Source: an uncultured delta proteobacterium (GTDB taxonomy: Bacteria > Desulfobacterota > Binatia > Binatales > Binataceae). From it: DNA of 64,000 nt. The stretch lies in contig CAWEEQ010000004.1 of the NCBI GenBank assembly GCA_963808235.1, forward strand, positions 704,001 to 768,000, read 5' to 3'. Shown here one piece after another: positions 1 to 10,692 of this stretch; positions within the stretch are counted from its first letter, which is position 1, and every line of letters starts with the position of its first letter. The notes beneath the pieces were generated by a model. That model searched no databases. It was not told the DNA's origin and was given only the letters and a program-made list of their open reading frames with translations. A program made the translations under genes and the position numbers.

Positions 1-1023
1 GATCTTGAATCGGCCAATGCGCTCAATCGCGAGATTGGCGCATGTCTGCGCGAGGATCAGACTTTTCGAATCGATCACTATCTCGGCAAAGAGACCGTTC
101 AGAACATCATGGCATTTCGCTTCGGCAACGGCTTCTTCGAACCCTTGTGGAACAACAACTACATCGACCACGTGCAAATCACGGTGGCGGAGACAGTCGG
201 CGTCGAGCATCGCGGAACTTTCTACGAATCGACTGGCGCGCTTCGGGACATGGTGCCCAATCATATACTGGCGCTGGTCTCACTTGCCGCGATGGAGCCG
301 CCCAATTCGTTTGCCTCTGAACCGATGCGCGACGAAAAGACCAAGCTGCTGCGCGCAATCCGCCCGATCAAACCCACCGACATCCCCAAGTGGACGGTGC
401 GCGGCCAGTATGGGCCCGGCACCCTCGATGACAAACAAGTGCCGGGTTATCGCTCGGAGCCTGATGTGGATCCCGCGTCTCGCACCGAGACTTACGTGGC
501 GATGAAGCTCGCAATCGACAACTGGCGATGGTCCGGGGTGCCGTTCTATCTGCGTACGGGAAAGCGGATGGCGAAACGCCTTACCGAAATCGCAATCAGG
601 TTCAAGGCGCCGCCGATGCTGCTGTTCCGGCAGACCGGCGTCAAACGGCTCGAACAGAACGAGCTGGTCCTGCATATTGCGCCGGACGAGGGCATCTCGC
701 TCAGCTTCAGCGCCAAGGTTCCGGGCTCCGTGGTCAAGCTCGGCGGCGTCGATATGACCTTCAAGTACGCGGATTACTTCAACGCAGCGCCGAGCACCGG
801 ATACGAAACGCTGCTGCTGGATTGCATGCTGGGCGACCCCGCGCTGTTTCAGCGCGCCGACACCGTCGACGCGGGATGGCGCGTGGTCGATCCGATTCTG
901 GACGCATGGAAAGCGAATCCGGCGGCCGAATTCCCCAACTATGCGTCGGGCACGTGGGGACCACGCGCCGCCGATGACTTGCTCGCACGCGACGGGCGAA
1001 AATGGAGAGGAAGCCAATCATGA
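1..1023 (+). CDS. zwf: Glucose-6-phosphate 1-dehydrogenase (5'-truncated by window edge)
   Basis: Frame 1 is open from base 1 and contains [23 protein letters not shown] and [13 protein letters not shown] motifs. Confidence 0.97.
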   Translation, partial: DLESANALNREIGACLREDQTFRIDHYLGKETVQNIMAFRFGNGFFEPLWNNNYIDHVQITVAETVGVEHRGTFYESTGALRDMVPNHILALVSLAAMEPPNSFASEPMRDEKTKLLRAIRPIKPTDIPKWTVRGQYGPGTLDDKQVPGYRSEPDVDPASRTETYVAMKLAIDNWRWSGVPFYLRTGKRMAKRLTEIAIRFKAPPMLLFRQTGVKRLEQNELVLHIAPDEGISLSFSAKVPGSVVKLGGVDMTFKYADYFNAAPSTGYETLLLDCMLGDPALFQRADTVDAGWRVVDPILDAWKANPAAEFPNYASGTWGPRAADDLLARDGRKWRGSQS

Positions 1024-1886
1024 AATCGCTGCGCGAGGTATTGCAACGGGCGGAAACAGACAAGGTCGCGATCGGTCATTTCAATTTTTCCGACCTGATC
1101 GCCTTCAACGCGATCGTCGCCGCCGCGCGCGAATTGAAAGTGCCGGTGATGGTCGGCGTCTCGGAAGGTGAGCGCGAGTTCACCGGCGTCGCTCAAGCCG
1201 CGGCGCTGGTAAAGGGGGTTCGCGAAGAATACGGCTTTCCGATCTTTCTGAACGCAGACCACACCCATTCGCTCCCCAAGGCCGAAGAGGCGGCCAAAGC
1301 GGGATTCGACGAAATCATCTTCGACGGTTCGAGCCTGACCTTCGAGGAAAACGTCGCGCAGACCAAAAAAGCCGTCGTCGCGATCAAGTCGATCAATCCC
1401 GCAATCCTCGTCGAAGGGGAGATTGGATGGATCGGCGCGTCGTCGTCGGTTCTCGACAAGGTGCCGGAGGGCGTCGGCATCCTGACCACGCCCGACGAAG
1501 CGCGCGATTTCGTCGCTGCCACAAAAGTCGATGTGCTGGCGCCGGCGGTCGGCAACATGCATGGAATGCTCGCGAGCATGGTCCACGGCGACGTTCAGAA
1601 ACGGCTCAACATTGAGCGAATCGCCGAGATCAAAGCCGCATGCGGAATCTTCATGACCCTGCACGGCGGCTCCGGCACCAACGACGACGACTTCAAGCGC
1701 GCGATCAAGGCCGGGATGACCATCGTCCACGTCAACACCGAGCTGCGCATAGCCTGGAGGCGCGGAATCGAAGCCGGTTTGGCCGCAAAGCCCAACGAGT
1801 TTGCACCCTATAAAGTGTTGCCCCCAGCCGTCGAATCGGTGCGGAAAGTGGTTAGTTCTCGGCTCCAGCTGTTCAGTTCCAAATAG
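1020..1886 (+). CDS. fba: Class II fructose-bisphosphate aldolase family protein
   Basis: NADHTH, FDGSS, VEGEIG, AVGNMHG, LHGGSG and VNTELR motifs; ATGA overlap with zwf stop. Confidence 0.9.
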   Translation: MKSLREVLQRAETDKVAIGHFNFSDLIAFNAIVAAARELKVPVMVGVSEGEREFTGVAQAAALVKGVREEYGFPIFLNADHTHSLPKAEEAAKAGFDEIIFDGSSLTFEENVAQTKKAVVAIKSINPAILVEGEIGWIGASSSVLDKVPEGVGILTTPDEARDFVAATKVDVLAPAVGNMHGMLASMVHGDVQKRLNIERIAEIKAACGIFMTLHGGSGTNDDDFKRAIKAGMTIVHVNTELRIAWRRGIEAGLAAKPNEFAPYKVLPPAVESVRKVVSSRLQLFSSK

Positions 1887-2076
1887 CCCATAGCCCCGCA
1901 GATCCCAACCTCCAGACCGTGAACCGGGAGCAAGAATTACACGATGAAATCATGGCTGTCGGGAAATACTTACACGCTGTAGGCATTTGGTGGCCTGACG
2001 AATTAAAATCGAACTTTCACGGATTCTCCTGCGAAATCAGTCAGATAGCTCGCTTCTAGCCTAGCCGTTACCAACA

Positions 2077-2092
2077 CGGCATTTAAATTGCT
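2077..2092 (+). promoter_or_regulatory. Putative sigma54 (-24/-12) promoter
   Basis: CGGCAT-TTAAA-TTGCT gives GG-N10-GC, close to TGGCAC-N5-TTGC, in an AT-rich intergenic region. Confidence 0.55.
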
Positions 2093-2130
2093 TGTATCAG
2101 GCTGTGGTTGGCAAGTTCGTCAGCCAAACA

Positions 2131-2247
2131 ATGAGCGAAGCGCACATAGAATTGAGATTCAAGCGCATGGCAACCGCCATCGCATGTGGCCAGTGTCCCA
2201 ACTCGCCGCCTCCTCCCCGAGGCCGCCGCGTGGAATGTCGCCGATGA
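2131..2247 (+). CDS. Possible 38-aa small ORF (MSEAHIELRFKRMATAIACGQCPNSPPPPRGRRVECRR)
   Basis: ATG..TGA about 40 nt downstream of the sigma54 motif; CxxC; no clear SD; not in the ORF track. Confidence 0.25.
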   Translation: MSEAHIELRFKRMATAIACGQCPNSPPPPRGRRVECRR

Positions 2248-2315
2248 AGCCCCCTCCCCCGGTCATTCTCGGTAGCAACAGCACCCGCGCGGCGGTCTCT
2301 TTCTCCTCTCGCTGC
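2208..2315 (+). ncRNA. Candidate structured RNA: three hairpins with C/U-rich anti-SD loops
   Basis: GCCTC-ctcccc-GAGGC; ATGA..ccccctcccc..TCAT; GCGGCG-gtctctttctcctct-CGCTGC. Confidence 0.35.
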
Positions 2316-2345
2316 CTCTGAACGCGCCAAAACGAGGTTGAAGCC

Positions 2346-2603
2346 ATGAGCGCAGTCTTGTCGGCTGATTTCCCCAAGGTCGCAGCGATCACGAGGAAGA
2401 AGGCGCGATTGCACGAGCCACGCGACTTCCCCTGCTCCTCGGCAATGCCGACGCTCCCGATCTCGATCCCCGAGGAAATTCTCGACTACTACGCGTTTGT
2501 ATTCTGTCAGTTCGGTTTCGGTCAGTTGAATATGACCTTCGAACAGTTTCTGCTGGTAGCGTCGGCGGTCAGTTCGGCGGGACTAGTTGCAGAATACGAA
2601 TAA
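2346..2603 (+). CDS. Hypothetical 85-aa protein
   Basis: SD GAGG upstream of ATG; protein-like C-terminal half (EEILDYYAFVFCQFGFGQLNMTFEQFLL). Confidence 0.6.
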   Translation: MSAVLSADFPKVAAITRKKARLHEPRDFPCSSAMPTLPISIPEEILDYYAFVFCQFGFGQLNMTFEQFLLVASAVSSAGLVAEYE

Positions 2604-2620
2604 GACTTTCGATCGTCCGG

Positions 2621-3757
2621 CTAATTCGATCGCGAAATCACTTGACCCATTTGCCCGGTGTCGTAGGCGCAAAACTGGCTCACTTCGTGCGCAAAGCGGG
2701 GCGAATTCAGCGCTTCCAGCATGGCCTTGATCGGGACTGATTCCGATTCGCTCTCGGCGATCACCAGATCGTAGCTCTCTTCTCTCAGCGCCACGAAATC
2801 CAGCCCCGACGCATCGGCAGCGACCCGGATAGAAACCCCAACGTTAGCTTGTCCCGCGGCAATCGCTCCGGCCACTTCCAGGTGGCCCGCGAGTTCCACG
2901 TCGTAGCCGATTATCCGATCGGGGCGGAGCCCGAGTTCGACGATCGCTTCATCAAGTGCCGCGCGCGCTCCCGCTCCACGCTCGCGATTAGCCAGCCTGA
3001 GCCGCGGCCGGCTCAGATCGCCGAAGCCGCGAATCTTGAGTGGGTTACCGGGTGCCGTTGCGAGACCAAGCTCCCAGCGTGCGAAATTGACGATCAGATG
3101 ACGGCGACGTCCCATCGCACTGTCCACTGCGCGCAGATTAAATTTGCCGGTCTTCGGATCGCGCAGATGAGTGCCCGCGGCGTGTGCGCGGCCGTGGATC
3201 AACGCGTCAAGGGCGCTGCTGCTCGAGCATGGAATCGCAATCGCGCAGACCGGCGAGCGCCGGCGCGCGAGGAACTCGGAGAGCATCGCGACCGCTGGAT
3301 CGCAGCCCGCAATCAAGAGCGTTGAATCGATCTCGTCGGGCGATCGGAAGGTCGAAATTTCAGCCCGGGTTTTACTCGCGTGGGTGACCAGCCCAGCCAC
3401 TGGAGCCAACGCTATCCGCGCCGCGGGCTGAGTAATGGCGACCACCCGGGCGCCAACTCGACCCAATACTACCCTGGTTTGAGCAGGGCCGGGCGCTTGC
3501 GCGTGGACGCTCCAGCGCACCTCAACGCGATTGGCCTCATCCGGCTCGGGCGCTGAAAACAAATCCTCGACCGTTCGCCCGAGTTCGCGCGCGAGTTTCA
3601 GCGCAACGGTCACGTTCGGCTGATACACGCCCGACTCGATCGCGTTCAACGCCTGTCGTGAAATTCCCGCGCGCCGCGCCAGCGCGCTCTGAGTGAGTGA
3701 CGCCGCGATGCGGATTTCTCGAAGACTCCCTTTAGGTGGCGCCGTGATACCTGTCAT
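2621..3757 (-). CDS. XRE-HTH plus periplasmic-binding-protein-like (molybdate-binding type) transcriptional regulator
   Basis: N-terminal LTQSALARRAGISRQALNAIESG HTH; C-terminal AGCDPA, AAGTHL, NRERGAGAR, GHLEVA, EESYDL. Confidence 0.85.
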   Translation of the reverse strand: MTGITAPPKGSLREIRIAASLTQSALARRAGISRQALNAIESGVYQPNVTVALKLARELGRTVEDLFSAPEPDEANRVEVRWSVHAQAPGPAQTRVVLGRVGARVVAITQPAARIALAPVAGLVTHASKTRAEISTFRSPDEIDSTLLIAGCDPAVAMLSEFLARRRSPVCAIAIPCSSSSALDALIHGRAHAAGTHLRDPKTGKFNLRAVDSAMGRRRHLIVNFARWELGLATAPGNPLKIRGFGDLSRPRLRLANRERGAGARAALDEAIVELGLRPDRIIGYDVELAGHLEVAGAIAAGQANVGVSIRVAADASGLDFVALREESYDLVIAESESESVPIKAMLEALNSPRFAHEVSQFCAYDTGQMGQVISRSN

Positions 3758-3813
3758 TTGTCCATAATAATGGCACCGCGGCAGGTCCCGTGAAAACAGA
3801 TCGACGCAACTTC

Positions 3814-4846
3814 TCAGATGCGGCCGGCCGCGTGCAGCACCTGGAGAGCGTCGGCGGTGACCCATTCATTCATCCGGCGGTTGCCGCTGCCGCCCCAGTC
3901 CACGAGCGAAATGGATCCGAATCGCGAGCTGGTATCCAGCTTCGGCGAAACCTTGTAGAAGCGTCCTTGAGCTGCCCAGCCTCCGCCCGGTAGTTCCTTC
4001 CGCTCGAGTAGATCGAGTGCGTCGGCGCAGCGTGGATCTTTAATCAGTCCCATCTCCGCCATCGCCTTCAGCCCACCCAGGAAGTCGTAGTGCCAATAGC
4101 GTGGATACTTCGGCCGCAACCAAATGGGGAGAAATCACCGTCCCGTCGGTACGCCTTTTGAATAGGCGGCGGCACAGAAAAATTTCCGAGGCCCTCAATG
4201 CGGCCTTGCGAGCCAAGTCGTCGCCGGTCCGTTCCGCGTGAGCCGCGACGCCCAGCATCGGCAGAAGCGACTCATTGAACGATGACGTGTCGGCCGACGG
4301 GTTCCGATCACAATTCCATCCACCGTCCGGCCATTGCCAGTGCAGCAGACGCTCGACCAGGGCATCGCTTTTCTTGTCCGCGAGACCGAGCCTGGTGATG
4401 AAATAGAGCGCGTTGCCTTGCTGCGATCCGCATCGTCGATAGCGTCCCCGAATTAGCGGAACGCCCTCGGCGCTGCGATGTTTGGGAACGCTGCTCCTGG
4501 ACTCGAACTCCATGTAGAAAGAACTGTTCAGCCATTGATCGAGGACTTGATCGCGCATCGGAAGCAGCGACTCGTCGCCGGCTGGATAGCCAATCTCGGC
4601 GAGCATCGCGAGCGTCCAGTGCGCACCGCGCCATTTGGCATAGACATGAGCTTCTCGGATGAACTTTCGGTCTCGATCAGCGATCAGCGCCCTTGCGCGC
4701 GGAGAGTTCCTGATTTCTTCCTGTAGCTCTCTAACGTTTTTGGAATGAGGATCTTCCCCGAGAGCGCCGACCATCACTCGCCAGCGAATCGAGGGCTCTT
4801 CGCTATGCAGGAGCGTGTCGATCAGAGGACTGCGGCTTCGTTTCAC
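3814..4846 (-). pseudogene. Conserved hypothetical protein with prenyltransferase/squalene-cyclase-like repeats; frameshift near 4122-4124
   Basis: QWPDGGWNC and YPRYWHYD motifs lie in two frames; removing one base from the A3 run joins ..ISPH-WLRPKYPRYW.. Confidence 0.75.
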
Positions 4847-4873
4847 GACTACCTCTGTTTCGTTTTATCCCGT

Positions 4874-5761
4874 TCATCGTTCGGGTGGGAAATCGCGCCG
4901 TTCGGTAAGCGAACTCAGCCGGACGGGAAGGGTGCTCACGAACTTCATCGTCGCGCCCGAAACGGGATGACAAAAACTGAGCTCGCAGGAATGCAGCGCC
5001 AGGCGGCGCGCGGGATCGGTCCTGGCACCATACTTCCGATCGCCGACGATTGGATGACCGAGCAGGGCGAGCTGAACCCGAATCTGGTTCTTGCGTCCGG
5101 TTTCCAACTCAAGCTCAAGGAGCGAAGTTTTCCCGCGGCGTTTTAACACGCGATAGCGCGTTATCGCCAGATCGCCGCCTCTGTCGACGCGATGCATCCG
5201 CAATGACTTGTCTTCCATCAAGCGGTCTCTCAACGTTCCCGATGCGATCGAAGGTGTGCCCTCCACGACCGCGCGGTATTTTTTGGTGACCGCCTTCCAA
5301 TTGCGCTGAAGCGCAGCCTGGAGGACTTCATTTCTTGCAAACAGCATCAGGCCCGAGGTCTCGCGATCAAGTCGATGTACGATGAAGGCCTGCTGGGCCG
5401 CCGATTTCGCGACCGATTTGAGGTGCTCGTTAAGAATGCGATGCGCGGTTCGTTCCTTTTCCCGCGCCGAGCCCATCGAAAGCAGCCCCGCCGGTTTGTC
5501 GACTACGACGACGGCCTCATCGAGATGAACAATCCGGAGTCCATGCAGATCGATCTCGGCATCGCGCGTCCGCTTCGCGGTCGAGATAGTCACGAGGTCG
5601 CCCGGCTCGAGGCGGGTATCGTGCCGCACCTTCGCGCGATCCAGTACCGCTATCGCACCGAAACGCAGCAGATCTTTCGCCCGTTTGCGCGAGAGCTTAG
5701 CTGGCGGTCCGAGCAGATACGTCAGCAGTTCGCATCTCGACTCGACGCGAAATTGAGTCAA
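4874..5761 (-). CDS. RluA family pseudouridine synthase
   Basis: [42 protein letters not shown]; TTG start overlaps upstream stop (TTGA). Confidence 0.92.
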   Translation of the reverse strand: MTQFRVESRCELLTYLLGPPAKLSRKRAKDLLRFGAIAVLDRAKVRHDTRLEPGDLVTISTAKRTRDAEIDLHGLRIVHLDEAVVVVDKPAGLLSMGSAREKERTAHRILNEHLKSVAKSAAQQAFIVHRLDRETSGLMLFARNEVLQAALQRNWKAVTKKYRAVVEGTPSIASGTLRDRLMEDKSLRMHRVDRGGDLAITRYRVLKRRGKTSLLELELETGRKNQIRVQLALLGHPIVGDRKYGARTDPARRLALHSCELSFCHPVSGATMKFVSTLPVRLSSLTERRDFPPER

Positions 5762-6729
5762 ACGTTGACCGTGCTCATGTCGTGGTAGCGGCCGCCGGCT
5801 GCGAAGCCCTTGGGCGCGACTTCTTCGATTTGCGCGAGTTCGCTCTTCGATAACTGGACCTTGGTCGCGGCGATATTCTCTTCCAGGTAAGTGCGGCGCT
5901 TGGTGCCGGGAATCGGCACCATATCTTTTCCCTGCGCGAGCACCCATGCGAGCGCGAGCTGGCTCGGAGTAATTTTTTTCTGCGCTGCGATTTCCTTGAT
6001 CCGATCGACGACCTTGAGATTCTTCTCGATATTTTCGCCGTCGAAACGGGGCGAGATGCGTCGACGCATGTCGTCGGCCGGCAGCTCGCGAATATTGCCG
6101 CTCAGAAAACCGCGCCCGAGCGGACTGAACGGAACGAATCCGATACCCAGCTCGCGCAGCGTCGGAATAACTTCGTCCTCGTAGTCGCGAGTCCACAGCG
6201 AATACTCCGACTGCAGCGCGGATATCGGATGGGTCGCATGCGCCCGGCGAATAGTTTTCGTGCCGGCCTCGGAGAGGCCGAGAAAACGCACCTTGCCCTG
6301 GCGCACCAAGTCGGCCATCGCGCCGACCGTCTCCTCAATCGGCACGTTCTTGTCGACGCGATGCTGATAGTAAAGATCGATATGATCGACGCCGAGGCGT
6401 TTCAGCGACGCGTCGCACGCGGAGCGCACGTATTCGGGCCTGCCGTTGATCGCGCGCTTGCCGTCGGGCAGGACCTGGTTGGCGAACTTGGTCGCGATTA
6501 TCACCCGGTCGCGATGTCGAGCGAGCGCCTTGCCGACCAGCTCTTCATTGTGGCCGACGCCGTAGACGTCCGCGGTATCGAAGAAGTTTATGCCCAGCTC
6601 GATCGCGCGCTCGAGCGTCGCGGCAGATTCGCGGTCGTCACGGGGACCATAAAATTGCGACATCCCCATGCATCCGAGGCCCAACTCCGAAACCTCGAGA
6701 CCCTGACTGCCAAGTTTTCGTTTTTCCAT
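5758..6729 (-). CDS. Aldo/keto reductase
   Basis: [44 protein letters not shown]. Confidence 0.95.
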   Translation of the reverse strand: MEKRKLGSQGLEVSELGLGCMGMSQFYGPRDDRESAATLERAIELGINFFDTADVYGVGHNEELVGKALARHRDRVIIATKFANQVLPDGKRAINGRPEYVRSACDASLKRLGVDHIDLYYQHRVDKNVPIEETVGAMADLVRQGKVRFLGLSEAGTKTIRRAHATHPISALQSEYSLWTRDYEDEVIPTLRELGIGFVPFSPLGRGFLSGNIRELPADDMRRRISPRFDGENIEKNLKVVDRIKEIAAQKKITPSQLALAWVLAQGKDMVPIPGTKRRTYLEENIAATKVQLSKSELAQIEEVAPKGFAAGGRYHDMSTVNV

Positions 6730-6741
6730 GGATTTTTTATC

Positions 6742-7719
6742 TCAAGCTGACGTGGATTTGGTCAACCGTTTGATTGCCGGCGCGAACGGTCTTTCGGCGT
6801 CGCAGTAGTCTTGCCATGCCGTGCTTTTCGCGATGAGAGTGGGGACGGTTCGGATCGTGAAGCGTCTCGGTTCGAGCTTCTCGCGGACCTGCGTCCATAG
6901 GAGGGGCATCGATACTGGCGCGCCGTCGCGGGCGCGAGGTGACAGCGGTGCGACCGCCGTCGCCATACGATCATTGCGCAAGTAGTCGAGGTAGATGCGG
7001 CCGCCGCGTTCTTTCTTAGTCATTTTGACCAAGTACCGATTTGGACTGTCCGCCGCCATCTGCATACAAAGCTCGCGGGCAAAAGTCTTGGCGTCCCTCC
7101 AGCGCGGCGGCGTTTTCTTTGCCGGACTGAGCGGCGTCACCACATGCATTCCCTTGCCGCCGGTCGTTTTGCAAAAGCTAAGCAGCCCGACTTGCTCGAG
7201 GCGGTCGTGAATTTCTCGAGCGCCCGCGACGACCGCTGCGAAATCGACATCTGGCGCGGGATCGAGATCGAGGACGATGCGACCCGGCTCCTCGGGCTCG
7301 TTGGGCTGGCAATTCCACGGATGCAGCTCCAATCCGGCTACCTGCGCCACGGCCGCGAGAGCTTCCACGCGATCGATTTGAAGATATGGCTTCTCGATGC
7401 CGGCGACTTTGGTCATCGTGAATACGCTCAACGTCCCCGCCATCGCATGGCGCTGAAAGAAGTGCTCCCCGCTGATTCCATCGGGCGCGCGGATGATCGA
7501 GCACGGCCGACCCTTCAGATGGCGAAGCATCCACGGTCCGACCGCCTCATAATAGTGCGCCAGATCGAGCTTCGTCACGGGATTGCGATCGCCGGCGTCG
7601 GGCCACAGGATTTTTTCCGGCTTGGTGATCGTCACGCCCATCACGACGGCATCATCCTTTGCGGCGTCGCCCTTGTTGGAATTCCAAACTGCGTCCGGCG
7701 GTTTTTTGGTCTTCAACAT
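6742..7719 (-). CDS. LigD-type primase/polymerase domain (stand-alone; no ligase or phosphoesterase domain)
   Basis: [53 protein letters not shown]. Confidence 0.88.
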   Translation of the reverse strand: MLKTKKPPDAVWNSNKGDAAKDDAVVMGVTITKPEKILWPDAGDRNPVTKLDLAHYYEAVGPWMLRHLKGRPCSIIRAPDGISGEHFFQRHAMAGTLSVFTMTKVAGIEKPYLQIDRVEALAAVAQVAGLELHPWNCQPNEPEEPGRIVLDLDPAPDVDFAAVVAGAREIHDRLEQVGLLSFCKTTGGKGMHVVTPLSPAKKTPPRWRDAKTFARELCMQMAADSPNRYLVKMTKKERGGRIYLDYLRNDRMATAVAPLSPRARDGAPVSMPLLWTQVREKLEPRRFTIRTVPTLIAKSTAWQDYCDAERPFAPAIKRLTKSTSA

Positions 7720-8195
7720 GACGGCTTGGCTACCGTGGCGCCCCAATCTTCGGGAGCGACGTTGGCTATCGACTGAGAGAAAGTCCAGCGGTGACCGGCG
7801 AGATCCTTGGCGCTGTACTGCCTCTCGCCGAATGGGTAGTCGGTTGGAGGACTAAGTATCAACGCGCCGAACTTCCTTGCCTGCTCGAAGTGCCGGTCAA
7901 CGTCCTCGACACTCACGCTGACTGACTGGCTAACTTCGCCCGGGCGCGGCGGCCGAAACTCGACGCGGTCAGGCGACGCGAATCCTGTTCCCACGCGCTT
8001 TGGACTCAGCAAGATTGCGCCGTCGCCAACGGATAGCTGCGCATGGCCGACCTTGCCGTCGGCGCCGCCGGCGCGGAGCCGCTCCTTGAACCCGAAGGCT
8101 CCGCAGAGCCACTCGATCGCCTCGGCAACGTCGTTGTAGACAAGGTATGGCACGACAGTTCCAGTCGGGGCGGAGCGATTGAACACGGGATTCAC
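7713..8195 (-). CDS. VOC/glyoxalase/bleomycin-resistance family protein
   Basis: [41 protein letters not shown]; GGAG SD before GTG. Confidence 0.9.
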   Translation of the reverse strand: MNPVFNRSAPTGTVVPYLVYNDVAEAIEWLCGAFGFKERLRAGGADGKVGHAQLSVGDGAILLSPKRVGTGFASPDRVEFRPPRPGEVSQSVSVSVEDVDRHFEQARKFGALILSPPTDYPFGERQYSAKDLAGHRWTFSQSIANVAPEDWGATVAKPSC

Positions 8196-8341
8196 CTCCC
8201 ATCATAGCACTTTCCAAGTTGAACTTGTTTAGTAAACCAAACGCCTGTTCTCGGCGCGATACGGTCGGATTGTTAATATTAGTGTAAGTTGGGATCGTCC
8301 GGGGGATCTGACGCGCCAGCAAATTTCAGAAGGGAGTCGCC

Positions 8342-8947
8342 TTGATGCGGTTGAAATACTTTCGAGCGCTTACCTGGTTGATCGCTGCGGGCCTGGTGCT
8401 TGGGGACGTGACGGGATGCGGCATCAACAAGATCCCGACCCTCGACGAGCAGGTGAAGGCGGCATGGAGCGAAGTGCTCAACCAATATCAACGGCGCGCA
8501 GACTTGATCCCGAATCTGGTCGAGACGGTAAAGGGCTACGCTCACCAGGAGCAGCAAGTTCTGACGCAAGTGGTAGAGGCGCGCGCAAAAGCGACTCAGA
8601 TGCAGCTTCCAGCGGACATCACGTCGAACCCGCAAGCGTTTCATGAGTTCGAGCAGAACCAGGCGGCGGTCGGCGGCGCACTCGGCCGGCTGCTCGCGGT
8701 AGCCGAGGCCTACCCCGACCTCAAGTCGAATCAGAATTTCCTTGCGCTGCAATCGCAGCTCGAGGGCACTGAGAATCGAATCTCGGTGGCGCGCCGCGAT
8801 TACATTATCGCGGTGCAGAGCTACAACACCGAGCTCAGGACTATTCCCGGGCGCTGGATCGCATCGACGTTTTACCCCGATGCCAAGGTCAAGGAAACTT
8901 TCACGATCTCCGAGCAGACCAAACAGGTGCCCCAGGTAAAATTCTGA
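8342..8947 (+). CDS. lemA: LemA family protein
   Basis: YQRRADLIPNLVETVKGYA, EAYPDLKSNQNF, LEGTENRISVARRDY. Confidence 0.95.
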   Translation: MMRLKYFRALTWLIAAGLVLGDVTGCGINKIPTLDEQVKAAWSEVLNQYQRRADLIPNLVETVKGYAHQEQQVLTQVVEARAKATQMQLPADITSNPQAFHEFEQNQAAVGGALGRLLAVAEAYPDLKSNQNFLALQSQLEGTENRISVARRDYIIAVQSYNTELRTIPGRWIASTFYPDAKVKETFTISEQTKQVPQVKF

Positions 8948-9750
8948 TGCGCGCACGTTGCGCAACCATCGGCATTTGCGCGCTATCGGCGATGCTCGTT
9001 CTTGCGCTGATGCTCGCGTCGTCGGTGCTCGCTGCAGAACCGAAATTCCCCGCGCTCAGCGGTCGAATCGTCGACGATGCGCACGTCCTGAATGCTTCGA
9101 CGGTGGGCGAGCTCACCCTGATGCTAGCCGATCATGAGCGCACGACTGGTGAACAAGTAGTGGTGGTCACGCTCCAGTCGCTCCAGGGATATACGATCGA
9201 GGACTTCGGATATCAGCTCGGCCGCCATTGGGGCATCGGGCAGAAAGGCAAGAACACAGGCGCGATGCTGATCGTCGTGCCGAAGGAGCACAAGGTTCGA
9301 ATCGAAGTCGGTTACGGCCTCGAAGGAGAACTTACCGACGCGATCAGCCGAACGATAATCGAGAGCAATATCTTGCCGGCTTTCCGCCGCGGGGATTTCA
9401 ATGCGGGAGTACTCGCCGGCGTCACGTCGATACTGCAGGTGCTCGGCGGCGGGAATCCGATCAGCGCGGAACCGGAACCATCTTCGACTCCGATTCCGTT
9501 CCTGTCGGCTCCATGGCAGGCATATGTGGGGCTCGTCATCTGGTGTCTGTTTTTCTTCGGCGCGTGGGGATTTGCCCTTGTTATGTGGTTCCGTCATCGC
9601 AATGACCCCCATGACTGGGTGACCTATGGCGGCGGGAGAGGATGGTCGGGCGGATCCTGGGGCGGCGGAGGATCTAGCGGCGGAGGCGGCGGGGGTTTCT
9701 CCGGGGGAGGAGGATCTTTCGGTGGCGGCGGCGCTTCGGGGAGTTGGTGA
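8947..9750 (+). CDS. TPM-domain (YgcG-like) membrane protein with Gly-rich tail
   Basis: GRIVDDA, WGIGQKG, RIEVGYGLEG, C-terminal FSGGGGSFGGGGASGSW. Confidence 0.92.
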   Translation: MRARCATIGICALSAMLVLALMLASSVLAAEPKFPALSGRIVDDAHVLNASTVGELTLMLADHERTTGEQVVVVTLQSLQGYTIEDFGYQLGRHWGIGQKGKNTGAMLIVVPKEHKVRIEVGYGLEGELTDAISRTIIESNILPAFRRGDFNAGVLAGVTSILQVLGGGNPISAEPEPSSTPIPFLSAPWQAYVGLVIWCLFFFGAWGFALVMWFRHRNDPHDWVTYGGGRGWSGGSWGGGGSSGGGGGGFSGGGGSFGGGGASGSW

Positions 9751-9752
9751 CG

Positions 9753-10331
9753 ATGGAATCAGCTTTTACACGCGAGGAGCACAAGCGCATCGACGCCGCG
9801 ATCGCCGAGATCGAGCAACGCACCGCGGCGGACCTCTGCGTGGTAGTTACTCGGGTTAGCGATCGCTATTCGCTTTATCCGATCGCATGGGCGGCGATTT
9901 GTGCGATTCTACTAGGCGCGCTTATAAGTCTTGTCTGGCCACACATAGCGAGCCGCACCACGATCGTGATCCAATTGTCGTTCCTGACTGTGATGACGCT
10001 GCTACTAGACTGGCTTCCAATCCGGCTCTCGATTGTACCGGAGCGCGTCAAACATGCTCACGCCCGGCAACTCGCGCATCGCGAATTCAACGCGCATGCG
10101 ATGGCGAATCCGAAGCAGCAGCACCTGATCCTGTTGTTCGTCTCGCTCGGCGAGCGTTACGTGGAGGTCATCGCCGATCACGAGACTCACGCGCTCGCGC
10201 CGGCGGGAGGCTGGAACAAAATTGTCGATGAGTTCCTTCGGACGGTGAAAGCAGGCCGCGTTGCCGACGGAGTTCTCGCCGCCGCGCAAGCGTGCGGCGC
10301 TATCCTGAAGACTTCGCATCCCGCAGCTTAG
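9753..10331 (+). CDS. TPM-domain membrane protein (third gene of LemA-TPM-TPM operon)
   Basis: IDAAIAEIEQRT, two TM segments, LLFVSLGERYVEVIAD. Confidence 0.85.
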   Translation: MESAFTREEHKRIDAAIAEIEQRTAADLCVVVTRVSDRYSLYPIAWAAICAILLGALISLVWPHIASRTTIVIQLSFLTVMTLLLDWLPIRLSIVPERVKHAHARQLAHREFNAHAMANPKQQHLILLFVSLGERYVEVIADHETHALAPAGGWNKIVDEFLRTVKAGRVADGVLAAAQACGAILKTSHPAA

Positions 10332-10680
10332 CGAGTGCAGCGGGCATCGCAAAACTTCCGTCGGCAGAGCAGGGGCAGTCCATAACATCCACGACCGCGT
10401 CGAGATTGAGCGGGCCATAGAGATGCGGAAAGAGGCCGTCGCGATTTTCGTCGAGAGCGGGCATCGGCGGTTCGTATTTCAGCGAAGCTGTTAGCCGCGA
10501 CTCATCGATACATAGCACAACCAACCCGGTTTGCCCGCGAAAAAAATGATTTGCCGTGGCCGTGATCTGCGCACTCGTCGAGCAATGGATAAAGCCTTCG
10601 GCGACGAGCGACGGTGGCGCGTAGCTTCCGCGTGCTACCGCCGAGTCCCAGTCGGAGCGGCTCGCGATGTGCAGGATCAT
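10300..10680 (-). CDS. DUF952 family protein
   Basis: ILHI, EGFIHCST, FPHLYGPLN. Confidence 0.9.
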   Translation of the reverse strand: MILHIASRSDWDSAVARGSYAPPSLVAEGFIHCSTSAQITATANHFFRGQTGLVVLCIDESRLTASLKYEPPMPALDENRDGLFPHLYGPLNLDAVVDVMDCPCSADGSFAMPAALAKLRDAKSSG

Positions 10681-10692
10681 CTGGGGTTCAGC

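Noticed and set aside
4874-6196. N-terminal extensions in the ORF track for RluA, gpmI (to 40729), histidine phosphatase (to 47487) and M16 (to 36085)
   Set aside because: They overlap neighbouring real genes; conserved motifs begin at downstream starts
9628-9747. G-rich low-complexity tract (possible repeat or G-quadruplex)
   Set aside because: Explained by the standard Gly-rich tail of TPM proteins
10300-10331. Convergent 3' overlap of TPM and DUF952 genes (likewise thiE/redoxin at 55783-55820)
   Set aside because: Short tail-to-tail overlaps are common in compact genomes
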